Positions 9,894 through 18,024 of a DNA stretch of 64,000 nucleotides are shown here, in pieces. The stretch covers positions 6,496,001-6,560,000 of the forward strand of contig OY762069.1 in assembly GCA_963665095.1 (NCBI GenBank). Reading direction: 5' to 3'. Position 1 is the first letter of the stretch. Each line of letters begins with the position of its first letter. The position numbers and the translations under genes are program-made. Origin of the DNA: an uncultured Desulfobacter sp. (GTDB lineage Bacteria > Desulfobacterota > Desulfobacteria > Desulfobacterales > Desulfobacteraceae). The notes beneath the pieces were generated by a model, which had not been told where the DNA came from, ran no database searches, and was given only the letters and a program-made list of their open reading frames with translations.

Positions 9894-11042
9894 ATGGCAT
9901 TTATTTCTACCGGGTATAATCCCGCAAAACCGATGGAAAACAGAATCACCGACATCGGTCCTAAAGACTATAACGACTTTTATCCTCCTGTTATCGCAAA
10001 CAATAAAGGCAAATGGTCTCATCATGAGATCCTGGAACCCGGCGTGCTGGTTCATGTTGCCGAGTCCGGAGATGAAGTATATACCGTAAGAGTTGGCGGT
10101 TGCCGTCTGATGTCCACCACGCACATCAATGAAATTTGCGACATCGCAGATAAACATTGTGACGGGTATGTTCGTTTTACTACCCGTAACAACATTGAGT
10201 TCATGGTTGACTCCAAAGACAAAGTAGAACCGTTGAAAAACGATCTGGCTTCCAGAAAGTTCCCCGGCGGCTCCCAGAAATTCCCCATCGGCGGTACTGG
10301 TGCCGGTATCACCAACATCGTTCACACCCAGGGCTGGATTCACTGCCATACCCCGGCTACTGATGCTTCCGGTACCGTAAAGGTTACCATGGATGCCCTG
10401 TTTGACGAGTTCCAGAATATGAGACTGCCTGCTCAGCTTCGTGTTTCCATGGCATGCTGCCTGAACATGTGCGGTGCGGTTCACTGCTCTGATATCGCCA
10501 TCCTTGGTTACCACAGAAAACCGCCAATGCTTGACCATGAATACCTGGACAAGGTTTGCGAAATCCCGCTGGCCGTTGCTGCCTGCCCCACCGCAGCTAT
10601 TAAGCCTGCTAAAACCACCCTGCCTAACGGTACTGAAGTAAAATCAGTAGACGTTAAAAACGAACGCTGCATGTACTGTGGTAACTGCTACACCATGTGC
10701 CCATCCATGCCGCTGGCCGACACCGAAGGTGACGGTATCGTTCTTATGGCCGGTGGCAAGGTGTCCAACCGTATCTCCGATCCGAAATTCTCCAAGGTTG
10801 TTGTGGCCTTCCTGCCCAACGAAATGCCCCGCTGGCCGTCCATGACCGACGCCATCAAAAAGATTGTTAACGCCTACTCAAACGGCGCCAATAAATACGA
10901 GCGTCTGGGCGACTGGGCAGAGAGAATCGGATGGGAAAAATTCTTTACAGCTTGTGAACTTGACTTCACCCACCACCTGATTGACGACTTCCGTCAGCAG
11001 GCCTACATGAGCTGGCGTCAGTCCACTCAGTTTAAATTCTAG
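9894..11042 (+). CDS. dsrB: Dissimilatory sulfite reductase beta subunit
   Basis: [37 protein letters not shown]. Confidence 0.99.
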   Translation: MAFISTGYNPAKPMENRITDIGPKDYNDFYPPVIANNKGKWSHHEILEPGVLVHVAESGDEVYTVRVGGCRLMSTTHINEICDIADKHCDGYVRFTTRNNIEFMVDSKDKVEPLKNDLASRKFPGGSQKFPIGGTGAGITNIVHTQGWIHCHTPATDASGTVKVTMDALFDEFQNMRLPAQLRVSMACCLNMCGAVHCSDIAILGYHRKPPMLDHEYLDKVCEIPLAVAACPTAAIKPAKTTLPNGTEVKSVDVKNERCMYCGNCYTMCPSMPLADTEGDGIVLMAGGKVSNRISDPKFSKVVVAFLPNEMPRWPSMTDAIKKIVNAYSNGANKYERLGDWAERIGWEKFFTACELDFTHHLIDDFRQQAYMSWRQSTQFKF

Positions 11043-11082
11043 TTCTAAAAGTCAGAACTTGAGTTTAATAGCAATTTAATAT

Positions 11083-11126
11083 GGGTTGAACCGGGGCAAC
11101 ATTTTGTTCTCCGGTTCATCCCTTTC
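11083..11126 (+). terminator. Stem-loop between dsrB and dsrD (partial terminator or mRNA stabiliser)
   Basis: GGGTTGAACCGGGGCAAC-ATTTT-GTTCTCCGGTTCATCCC followed by a short TTTC. Confidence 0.55.
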
Positions 11127-11144
11127 AACTGAAAGGAGTCTAAC

Positions 11145-11405
11145 ATGGCAAGCGATCTTCTTAATGATAAAGAGGCTGCCCAGAAAGCAGTTGTTGACTG
11201 GTTGACAAAAAAAGCAGGCAGCAAAACCAAATTTTACATTAAAGATTTTTATAAAATTTTCCCCGATGATAAACCCCGGGAAATTAAAAAAGTCGTTAAT
11301 AAAATGGTAGAAGAGGAAATCCTTGAATTCTGGTCATCCGGATCTACCACAATGTATGGCCTTAAGGGTGCAGGCATCCAGCATGCCTCTGAGGGTGAAG
11401 CATAG
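11145..11405 (+). CDS. dsrD: DsrD
   Basis: KTKFYIKDF, LEFWSSGSTTMYGLKG; directly after dsrB. Confidence 0.97.
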   Translation: MASDLLNDKEAAQKAVVDWLTKKAGSKTKFYIKDFYKIFPDDKPREIKKVVNKMVEEEILEFWSSGSTTMYGLKGAGIQHASEGEA

Positions 11406-11423
11406 AAAGTATTTTGCTGATTC

Positions 11424-12902
11424 ATGATCGTCAGTAGGGAAAACGTCCCTGGAGTTGTCATTGCAGGACTTAAAGGGGGGTCAGGCAAGACAATAATATC
11501 CCTTGGGATAACTGCCGCGTGGACTGCTCAAAATATAACAGTGGCCCCATTTAAAAAGGGCCCTGACTATATTGATGCCGGCTGGCTTTCAAGGGCAGCC
11601 GGCCGCCCCTGTTATAATCTGGATACCTATCTTTGCACCCAGTCTGTGGTGCGCAATTCCTATTTTACTCATACCCGGTCCCGTGACATCGCCATGGTTG
11701 AAGGCAATCGCGGTTTATATGACGGCATTGATATGGATGGGACCACCTCCACCGGTGAGCTTGCCAAACTGCTTGATCTGCCGGTTGTTCTGGTTCTGGA
11801 CTGCACAAAATCCACCCGGACCATAGCTGCTGTTCTCATGGGTTGTGTTCAGTTTGATCCGGATATCCATATCGGTGGTGTTATACTGAACCGCCTGGCC
11901 GGCAAACGGCATGAAGGAAAAGTCAGGGCTAATATTGAGCGATACTGCAACATCCCGGTACTTGGTGCCTTGCCAAAGCTTAAGCAGGAAGATTTCCCCG
12001 AACGCCATATGGGGCTCGTGCCATCACAAGAACACGGGGAAGGTGACAGATCTCTTGAACGGGCCGGCCAGGTGGCGCATGATAACATTGATCTAGATGC
12101 AATTTATCGCATGGCCTTTGCCTATAAGGGGTGTGATCGGATGTCTGATGCCGGCCAGGGAGATGAAAATTCGTCGGCTTCCGAATCCTGTTTGAGTATT
12201 GATACCAAACCTATAGCCGCAGTGTTGGATCCCGGAACAAATGATCCTGTCACTATTGGTATCGTCAGGGATTCTGCATTTCAATTTTATTACCCGGACA
12301 ATATAGAGGCATTGGAATTGCTGGGGGCAAAGATCACATACATCAGCCCGCTTTCCCAGACAACCATTCCAGATGTGGATGCCATTTATATGGGAGGCGG
12401 ATTCCCCGAGACTCACGCAGCCCAGCTTTCGTCAAACACGTCTTTTCTGAGTGCATTAAAAACATTGTCCCGGAAAGGCCTTCCCATTTATGCCGAATGC
12501 GGCGGGCTGATTTTTCTGGGTGAAAGTATCTGTCTCGACCACTGTGTTTATCCAATGACAGGTATCCTTCCAATACGGTTCGGTCTATCTTCCCGCCCCC
12601 AGGGGCACGGATACACCGAAGTTGAAGTGGTCAACGACAACCCCTTTTATGAAAAGGGAGAGATATTACGGGGGCATGAATTCAGATACTCCAAGGTGCT
12701 TTCCATTGATTTTGAGAATAGCGCCATGGCTTTTAACATGGTTCGGGGCAAAGGAATCCTTGAGAAAAAAGATGGATTTTTCAGGGACATGACTTTTGGT
12801 ACCTACACTCATATTCACGCCCTTGGGTCCCTTTCCTGGGCCCCGTCTCTCATGGCCAGGGCCAGGGCCTTTAAATCTGCCCGTGCACAGGCAGATCTTT
12901 AG
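11424..12902 (+). CDS. dsrN: Siroheme amidase (cobyrinate a,c-diamide synthase family)
   Basis: GGSGKT, FKKGPDYID, EGNRGLYDG, ERHMGL, GGGFPE, YAECGG, GHEFRYS; located after dsrD. Confidence 0.9.
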   Translation: MIVSRENVPGVVIAGLKGGSGKTIISLGITAAWTAQNITVAPFKKGPDYIDAGWLSRAAGRPCYNLDTYLCTQSVVRNSYFTHTRSRDIAMVEGNRGLYDGIDMDGTTSTGELAKLLDLPVVLVLDCTKSTRTIAAVLMGCVQFDPDIHIGGVILNRLAGKRHEGKVRANIERYCNIPVLGALPKLKQEDFPERHMGLVPSQEHGEGDRSLERAGQVAHDNIDLDAIYRMAFAYKGCDRMSDAGQGDENSSASESCLSIDTKPIAAVLDPGTNDPVTIGIVRDSAFQFYYPDNIEALELLGAKITYISPLSQTTIPDVDAIYMGGGFPETHAAQLSSNTSFLSALKTLSRKGLPIYAECGGLIFLGESICLDHCVYPMTGILPIRFGLSSRPQGHGYTEVEVVNDNPFYEKGEILRGHEFRYSKVLSIDFENSAMAFNMVRGKGILEKKDGFFRDMTFGTYTHIHALGSLSWAPSLMARARAFKSARAQADL

Positions 12903-13359
12903 CAATCTCCTCATAAAGAAGATCTACCCAGTGTTGTGCTTTTGATTCCGTCATCTCCATTCCATCAAGAATCGACTGCCAGTTACACTCTTTTGAAATG
13001 GGGCAGGAGGAATCTATGCCCAGTATGTGGTGGTTTATAAAGTCATAGGGAAAAAGCCTGCAAATCAACGGCCGGGTCTCTAAAGGGAGCAGGCACCCCA
13101 TGGCAGAGGCCAGGCAGCATTGTTTGTCATCCGTTCTTTTCAGTACTCTGACTCGGTTTCCCTCAGACATGATCAGGGGCAGCCAGCAGGTGTCATAATC
13201 CGGTTCAATATCTGATAAAATCGGGGGCTCGTAGGTGTAAAAATCTGAATGTTTCAGAAAGCCGGAAATACGCACGATATCTCCGGAGGTAAGGTAAATC
13301 TGGTATCCCTTACAGCAAGAGTGGCCCAGACTTGCGCAGGTCGCACAAGGCGTAACCAT
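12871..13359 (-). CDS. YkgJ-family cysteine-cluster (Fe-S) protein
   Basis: CATC....SCC, CCL....GC.L..RPLICRLFP, CP. ATG 13359 has GGAG upstream. Confidence 0.8.
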   Translation of the reverse strand: MVTPCATCASLGHSCCKGYQIYLTSGDIVRISGFLKHSDFYTYEPPILSDIEPDYDTCWLPLIMSEGNRVRVLKRTDDKQCCLASAMGCLLPLETRPLICRLFPYDFINHHILGIDSSCPISKECNWQSILDGMEMTESKAQHWVDLLYEEIAKDLPVHGQI

Positions 13360-13470
13360 ATAAAACTCCAAAAACAGTTAAAAGCTGCGAACCAGTCAAC
13401 GAACCGGTTCGGTTTCTTGTCGTACAAACTGCAAAATTCAACAAAAAAAAGGTTGAAATCAACATCCCTC

Positions 13471-13518
13471 GGATCCCTGATCGGACCTCTGATCAGACCA
13501 CTAACCGGATCACTAAGA
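13471..13518. repeat. Four degenerate 12-bp tandem repeats
   Basis: GGATCCCTGATC / GGACCTCTGATC / AGACCACTAACC / GGATCACTAAGA. Confidence 0.55.
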
Positions 13519-13534
13519 TCCGTTGGAAAAGGGC

Positions 13535-14806
13535 TTATCCATCTTGGGGAATTAGGAAAATGCCTTGGCTGTTCGTCTTGACGGCCACCCGGGGCAGCGG
13601 CTTGATGAACTGCTGACGAAGGCTGTAAGTGTAAGCCCCTTGGGCAGGTATCATGAGAATGTCCCCTTCTTTTATATCTGAACCCAAATAGGCGAATCCC
13701 CAGACATCGTGGGGGGTGCATAGGGCGCCCAGGATATGGCATGGTTTTTCGGTCAGGCCCGGTCGCGTGAGGTTGAGTACCGGACAATAGTCGACTTCAT
13801 ACCGTTCCCAGCCGATGGTGTTGGTACCGGCATCTGTTATCACAAGATCGTGGGCTTTCTGGTCCACCACCTGGATAAGAATGTGCATGGCATCATTACA
13901 GATCCAGCGCCCGGGTTCAAAGCAGATACGGCAACGGGCAACTGGAAAGATGGCGTCCTTGATGGCCTGGGACAGTTTTTCGGCAAAAATATCAATGGAG
14001 ACGGCCGGATCTATGGTGTACTTTCCGGACAGGTCGGACAACAGCCATTCTCCCTGGTCGGGCCAGTAACCCCCGCCAATATCAATAAATTTCAGGTCGT
14101 TTAAAAAATCAGCCGGCATGGAGGCAAGAATATTGCCTAACTGCTTGATAAAAGAGACCTGTCTATCCGGGTTCAGATTCCATGAGGAATGAAACTGAAG
14201 GCCCTGGAACTCCAGGCCATCCGTGGCCTGTATCTTTTTGTAGGCGACAAGCAGATCCTGGGCGGCGATGCCGAATTTGCGCCACAACCCGTTTGGGTTG
14301 TTGTTCAGCCGAATTCCCACCCGCATGGTACTGTTCGTTCCATCAAGTATGGATGCCAGGCGATTGAGCTCGCCCAGGCTGTCCAGAAGAATCACCACCC
14401 GTTTTGGATGGTGCAGGGCAAGTTCCAGCTCCTGATCTGTTTTTCCCGGGCCACTGAATATAATGGACCGGGCACCCAGATCCAGGGCACACTTAAGTTC
14501 CATGCCGCTGGAAACGTCCAGGCCGAATCCTTGTCTTAACAGCGTTTTTGATAAATATGGCAGATTGTTGCTTTTCATGGCGTAGAAAAAGGCCGTATCC
14601 GGCAGATACTTTCGGAAGGCAGTCATGAACCGGTCTGCCTTTTGGGCAAGGACATCTGCTTCCAGAACATACAAAGGAGAACCGTATTGTTCCGCCATGT
14701 TAAGGTAAACCTCTTTATTCTGAAAATAGGGAGTAACAAAGGCTCGGACCGATTTTTCGCTGAGTTCGGAACGGCCTTCGGGAATCTGCAGGTTTTTGGT
14801 CAGCAT
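13535..14806 (-). CDS. PLP-dependent fold-type III (Orn/Lys/Arg/DAP) decarboxylase, substrate unknown
   Basis: YGSPLYV, FYAMKSN (PLP lysine), DVSSGME, FSGPGK, KFG, DIGGG, FEPGR, GALCTPHD, GAY. Confidence 0.9.
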   Translation of the reverse strand: MLTKNLQIPEGRSELSEKSVRAFVTPYFQNKEVYLNMAEQYGSPLYVLEADVLAQKADRFMTAFRKYLPDTAFFYAMKSNNLPYLSKTLLRQGFGLDVSSGMELKCALDLGARSIIFSGPGKTDQELELALHHPKRVVILLDSLGELNRLASILDGTNSTMRVGIRLNNNPNGLWRKFGIAAQDLLVAYKKIQATDGLEFQGLQFHSSWNLNPDRQVSFIKQLGNILASMPADFLNDLKFIDIGGGYWPDQGEWLLSDLSGKYTIDPAVSIDIFAEKLSQAIKDAIFPVARCRICFEPGRWICNDAMHILIQVVDQKAHDLVITDAGTNTIGWERYEVDYCPVLNLTRPGLTEKPCHILGALCTPHDVWGFAYLGSDIKEGDILMIPAQGAYTYSLRQQFIKPLPRVAVKTNSQGIFLIPQDG

Positions 14807-16110
14807 GCCTTGTCCAGTTCCAGTTCCATTTCAATTTCAATGCGTTTTGACAATAACAGACATTCAGTTTCAAGGTAGGTGGTCCGGTCCGGTTCGATGA
14901 TCATATGGCCCAGCAGCCAGGAATCATAATCCTTGGGCGGCAGGGTGACCATATGGCCGGGCGCGTGGATCAGATGGACCTTTTTCACCCGTTTATCACC
15001 GGTCAGAGCATCTGTGTTGATCTGTTTTAAAATCCCCTCTTTACGTGCATGAATCCGGTATGCCACCCATGGCTTGTATGGCACCATTTTTTCATGTTTC
15101 CAGGGAATGCCGGCTGCCGCATCTATGGCCATACCCAGCATATCAAAGTTGCCGGCCTCCTTGAGCAGAAACGGCAGGCAGTCACCTCCGGGCCGCGGGG
15201 TCATCTCAATGAGTACAGGGGTGTTGCCCCTTATGATGAAATCCACCATACAGATTCCTGTGCGGATACCAAGAGCCCCTGCCGCCTTTGAAAGAATTTC
15301 TGCCAGGCCGTCATGGTGGTTCGGGGCCAAATCGTTATGGTTGCCCTGGTTTGCATCTGTACAAAGGGCATACCCTGAAATGGTGCCAAAAGGGCGGTTG
15401 TCCATTTTGATCTTCCGGGTTTTACGAAGTATGACCGCTTTACCATTTTCCAGAAGGAAATCGCAGCTGTACTCAGGACCCGGTATCCACTCTTCCGCCA
15501 GCATCCGGTAGGTGCCGGCATCTGTGGCTCTGAACAGCGGGTTGGCAGATCTCTCCTCAAGGCCGGTTGCGATGGTATCAAAAGCCGTGCTGCATTCCCT
15601 TCGGGTCCGGCATTTAAATACCAACTCACTGCCCGACCCGCAAAACGGTTTAAGGACCAGACCCTGGGGGGCGGTTTCCAAAAATGCTGTCACCCCGGTA
15701 ATATCCTTTACCGGTAGCGTTCGCGGGCAGGGGATCTGGTGTTCGTGCCATAACTGTTTACAAAGATATTTGTCCCGGCAGTTTTTGACCGCGGTCAGAC
15801 TTGGGTATGGCAACCCGAAGCGGGCTGCCAGTACGGAAGCTGTTTCCATGGACTCACAGTCAAAGCAGGCAATGCCGGCAAGTTCAATGCCACAGATTTT
15901 AAGATGCGTTGTCAAAGCCGTTTGCACAGCGTCAATATCTGTGATCTGGCATAATATCTCTTCCCGGTTCCCGGGGCAGGGCTCTTTGGACTTCTTGCGT
16001 ATATCGGGATCTGTCAGAAAAAGTGCCGCTCCTGGACGAGTCTGTCGAATCCAGTCAATGTAGTCGCAGGTGGTCCCTACCACAAGCACTTTTTTGTTCG
16101 GATCGGTCAT
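14800..16110 (-). CDS. ATP-grasp ligase (L-amino-acid ligase-like)
   Basis: NCRDKYLCK, VLKPFCGSGS, EEWIPGPEYS, IEMTPRPGG. Start set at ATG 16110, just after the GNAT stop. Confidence 0.88.
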   Translation of the reverse strand: MTDPNKKVLVVGTTCDYIDWIRQTRPGAALFLTDPDIRKKSKEPCPGNREEILCQITDIDAVQTALTTHLKICGIELAGIACFDCESMETASVLAARFGLPYPSLTAVKNCRDKYLCKQLWHEHQIPCPRTLPVKDITGVTAFLETAPQGLVLKPFCGSGSELVFKCRTRRECSTAFDTIATGLEERSANPLFRATDAGTYRMLAEEWIPGPEYSCDFLLENGKAVILRKTRKIKMDNRPFGTISGYALCTDANQGNHNDLAPNHHDGLAEILSKAAGALGIRTGICMVDFIIRGNTPVLIEMTPRPGGDCLPFLLKEAGNFDMLGMAIDAAAGIPWKHEKMVPYKPWVAYRIHARKEGILKQINTDALTGDKRVKKVHLIHAPGHMVTLPPKDYDSWLLGHMIIEPDRTTYLETECLLLSKRIEIEMELELDKAC

Positions 16111-16117
16111 ATCCCTA

Positions 16118-17083
16118 TCAAACAGCCTTACGGTCATAGTGTTCCTCTTGATGTGCAGCCGGAAAGGCTTTTGTGTGGATCTCATATGAGGGTCGGGGGC
16201 TCAGGCGGAACCGCTGCTTCCAGTTGAAACTGCCGCACAGAAAGTCCACAGACTCCAGCCGGTTATGACAGGCCCACTCCAGGTGGTGGAGATTAATTAC
16301 TTTGGCAATACCGGGAAAATCCGCATGTGTACCGCCGGCTACAACCATATAGGTGTTGTTGAACACCACGCCCATGTCAACTGCCGCCACTGTCCCATCC
16401 ACGATGGCGGTGGTGATCCGCAGCATGCCCATGCCCTTGAAAAATGCGGCCAGTTGTTCAAATGATCTGTAAAACCGGGCATCGCTGAAATAGGAGTCTG
16501 ATGTAAAGGCTGTCATGTTCAGGCGGAACATCTCGGTGAGATCAGGATGGTGGTTATACCGCCAGGTCAGATTCTGGGTTTCGATCTTTTTTACGTCGGC
16601 TTTCAGTTTTTTCCTGGTTTTTCCAGGGAAGGTCAGCCAGAAGTTGTCCATGGAAAAATCATAGAGACGCGGGTAGAAAAGGTATCCGGTTTCATCCAGG
16701 GCAGCCTGTTTCACTGTTTCCAGGATCCGGGATTCCCGCATATAACGCAGATGTAAAGGCCCGGGAACTGACTCACACAGGGCGTTGAATACATCGGGGT
16801 CATCTGCAATGATCCGGTTTTGTTCCAGCCAGGTTTTGCCTTTCCATGTCTCCCCGGGAAAAAATACATATTCACCGGTCTCTTCGTTAAGGCTAAGGGG
16901 CAGAAACCCCACAACTTTGCCAGCCCGTTCTGCGATGTGGAAACTTAAGGGCCGTTTAAAGGTGTTATGAAAACACTCTCTTACCGCCCAAAGATCAAAT
17001 ATGCAGTCCACAGGCCAGTATTGTTCAAATGCCTTGCGGCACAGTTCCGGATCTTCGATGGTGGTAATCTTCATTGCCGCCAC
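16118..17083 (-). CDS. Long GNAT-fold acyl/aminoacyl transferase (Acetyltransf_6/FemAB-like)
   Basis: VVGFLPL, KTRKKLKA, G..AAVD, PGIAKV, VDFLCG..WKQRF pattern typical of double-GNAT proteins. Confidence 0.75.
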   Translation of the reverse strand: MAAMKITTIEDPELCRKAFEQYWPVDCIFDLWAVRECFHNTFKRPLSFHIAERAGKVVGFLPLSLNEETGEYVFFPGETWKGKTWLEQNRIIADDPDVFNALCESVPGPLHLRYMRESRILETVKQAALDETGYLFYPRLYDFSMDNFWLTFPGKTRKKLKADVKKIETQNLTWRYNHHPDLTEMFRLNMTAFTSDSYFSDARFYRSFEQLAAFFKGMGMLRITTAIVDGTVAAVDMGVVFNNTYMVVAGGTHADFPGIAKVINLHHLEWACHNRLESVDFLCGSFNWKQRFRLSPRPSYEIHTKAFPAAHQEEHYDRKAV

Positions 17084-17473
17084 CTAATGCCGAAGGGTTA
17101 CGTTGATGTGGCAGCTTTTTCCGCCAAAATAGTTTTGTGCAAATTCACGCACCACTTCAGGATCATATACCTTGCAGGAGAACACATCCAGGTAGGTGGT
17201 ATTGCTCTGGTTGGCAAAATGAGCGGAGATCAGGGATGTCTCAATGAGCTGAACCATTGAAAATCCGGCTACTTTCTCATCTTCGCCAAAGTGGACCACC
17301 TGGGTCTCACCAAACCGTTTCATTTCGATCAGGTCACACAGTTCCACAACAAATTTTTTGATTAATTCCGCATCCCTGATTTTTTCAGGATCACAGTCAT
17401 AAATGTCAATGGCAGAGGCAATGCCCCAAACTTCAGGTGCGGTGTCAAGTTGGATTACGTTTGCAGCGGTCAT
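17084..17473 (-). CDS. S-adenosylmethionine decarboxylase-like pyruvoyl proenzyme (divergent)
   Basis: IDIYDCD, HFG, GFS...LIETSLISAHF, YLDVFSCK; 129 aa; AAAGGAG RBS. Confidence 0.85.
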   Translation of the reverse strand: MTAANVIQLDTAPEVWGIASAIDIYDCDPEKIRDAELIKKFVVELCDLIEMKRFGETQVVHFGEDEKVAGFSMVQLIETSLISAHFANQSNTTYLDVFSCKVYDPEVVREFAQNYFGGKSCHINVTLRH

Positions 17474-17501
17474 GTAGATTCTCCTTTAAAAGCGGTGCGC
17501 C

Positions 17502-17663
17502 CTACCATTTATCTCTGGTGTCGGTGGGTCGCTTGGGTTTTTTGTTCATTTTTTTTCGGCGTTTCTGGTCTTCCTGCTGGTCCTCCCAGTCGTACTCTTC
17601 GTCATAGCTCTCTTTGAACCGTGGGCTTTTACTCTTGTTACGGCCGATTTTTTCCCTATTCAT
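17502..17663 (-). CDS. Unannotated 53-aa highly charged peptide, first gene of the sigma-54 operon
   Basis: My translation: MNREKIGRNKSKSPRFKESYDEEYDWEDQQEDQKRRKKMNKKPKRPTDTRDKW. AGGAAAGGA directly upstream of the ATG; it fills the space between the promoter and the AdoMetDC-like gene. Confidence 0.7.
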   Translation of the reverse strand: MNREKIGRNKSKSPRFKESYDEEYDWEDQQEDQKRRKKMNKKPKRPTDTRDKW

Positions 17664-17734
17664 GGGTCCTTTCCTTTTTGGTTGTTTACCAGCGGTATTG
17701 CCGGAAGGTGTGGATTCAACTCATGACCCCTCTT

Positions 17735-17751
17735 AGCAACCAGCGTGCCAA
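17735..17751 (-). promoter_or_regulatory. Sigma-54 (-24/-12) promoter
   Basis: Minus strand TTGGCACG-CTGG-TTGCT matches TGGCACG-N4-TTGCW exactly, and a sigma-54 activator gene is adjacent. Confidence 0.88.
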
Positions 17752-17934
17752 GACATAAAAAAAAATTTTCCCCGCAAATACAGGTTGTTCCAAAAATAAA
17801 AGATATATTTGTAGACGGAATACTGAATTTAATAGCAATATTTTACTTAAAACTAAATTATCGGAAAAATTATACTTGAATGGGTCGTTCAATTCCTGTA
17901 TTAAGATCAATCAGTCTCCATATTTAATAGGAAG

Positions 17935-17947
17935 AATCAAAATATTG
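17935..17947 (+). promoter_or_regulatory. Candidate IHF site
   Basis: AATCAA-AATA-TTG matches WATCAANNNNTTR, in the AT-rich region between the sigma-54 promoter and the activator gene. Confidence 0.35.
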
Positions 17948-18024
17948 AAGTCTGATATCTATATATTATGTGTATTTCAACAAACAAATAATCAGAAATA
18001 TTTTACTGAAAATGGAGTATCCCC

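Noticed and set aside
13471..13518. Repeats considered as a CRISPR array
   Set aside because: Units are 12 bp, adjacent without spacers, and no cas genes are present.
13254..13787. 177-aa minus-strand ORF spanning the 12-bp repeats
   Set aside because: Overlaps two better-supported genes out of frame; no RBS or motif.
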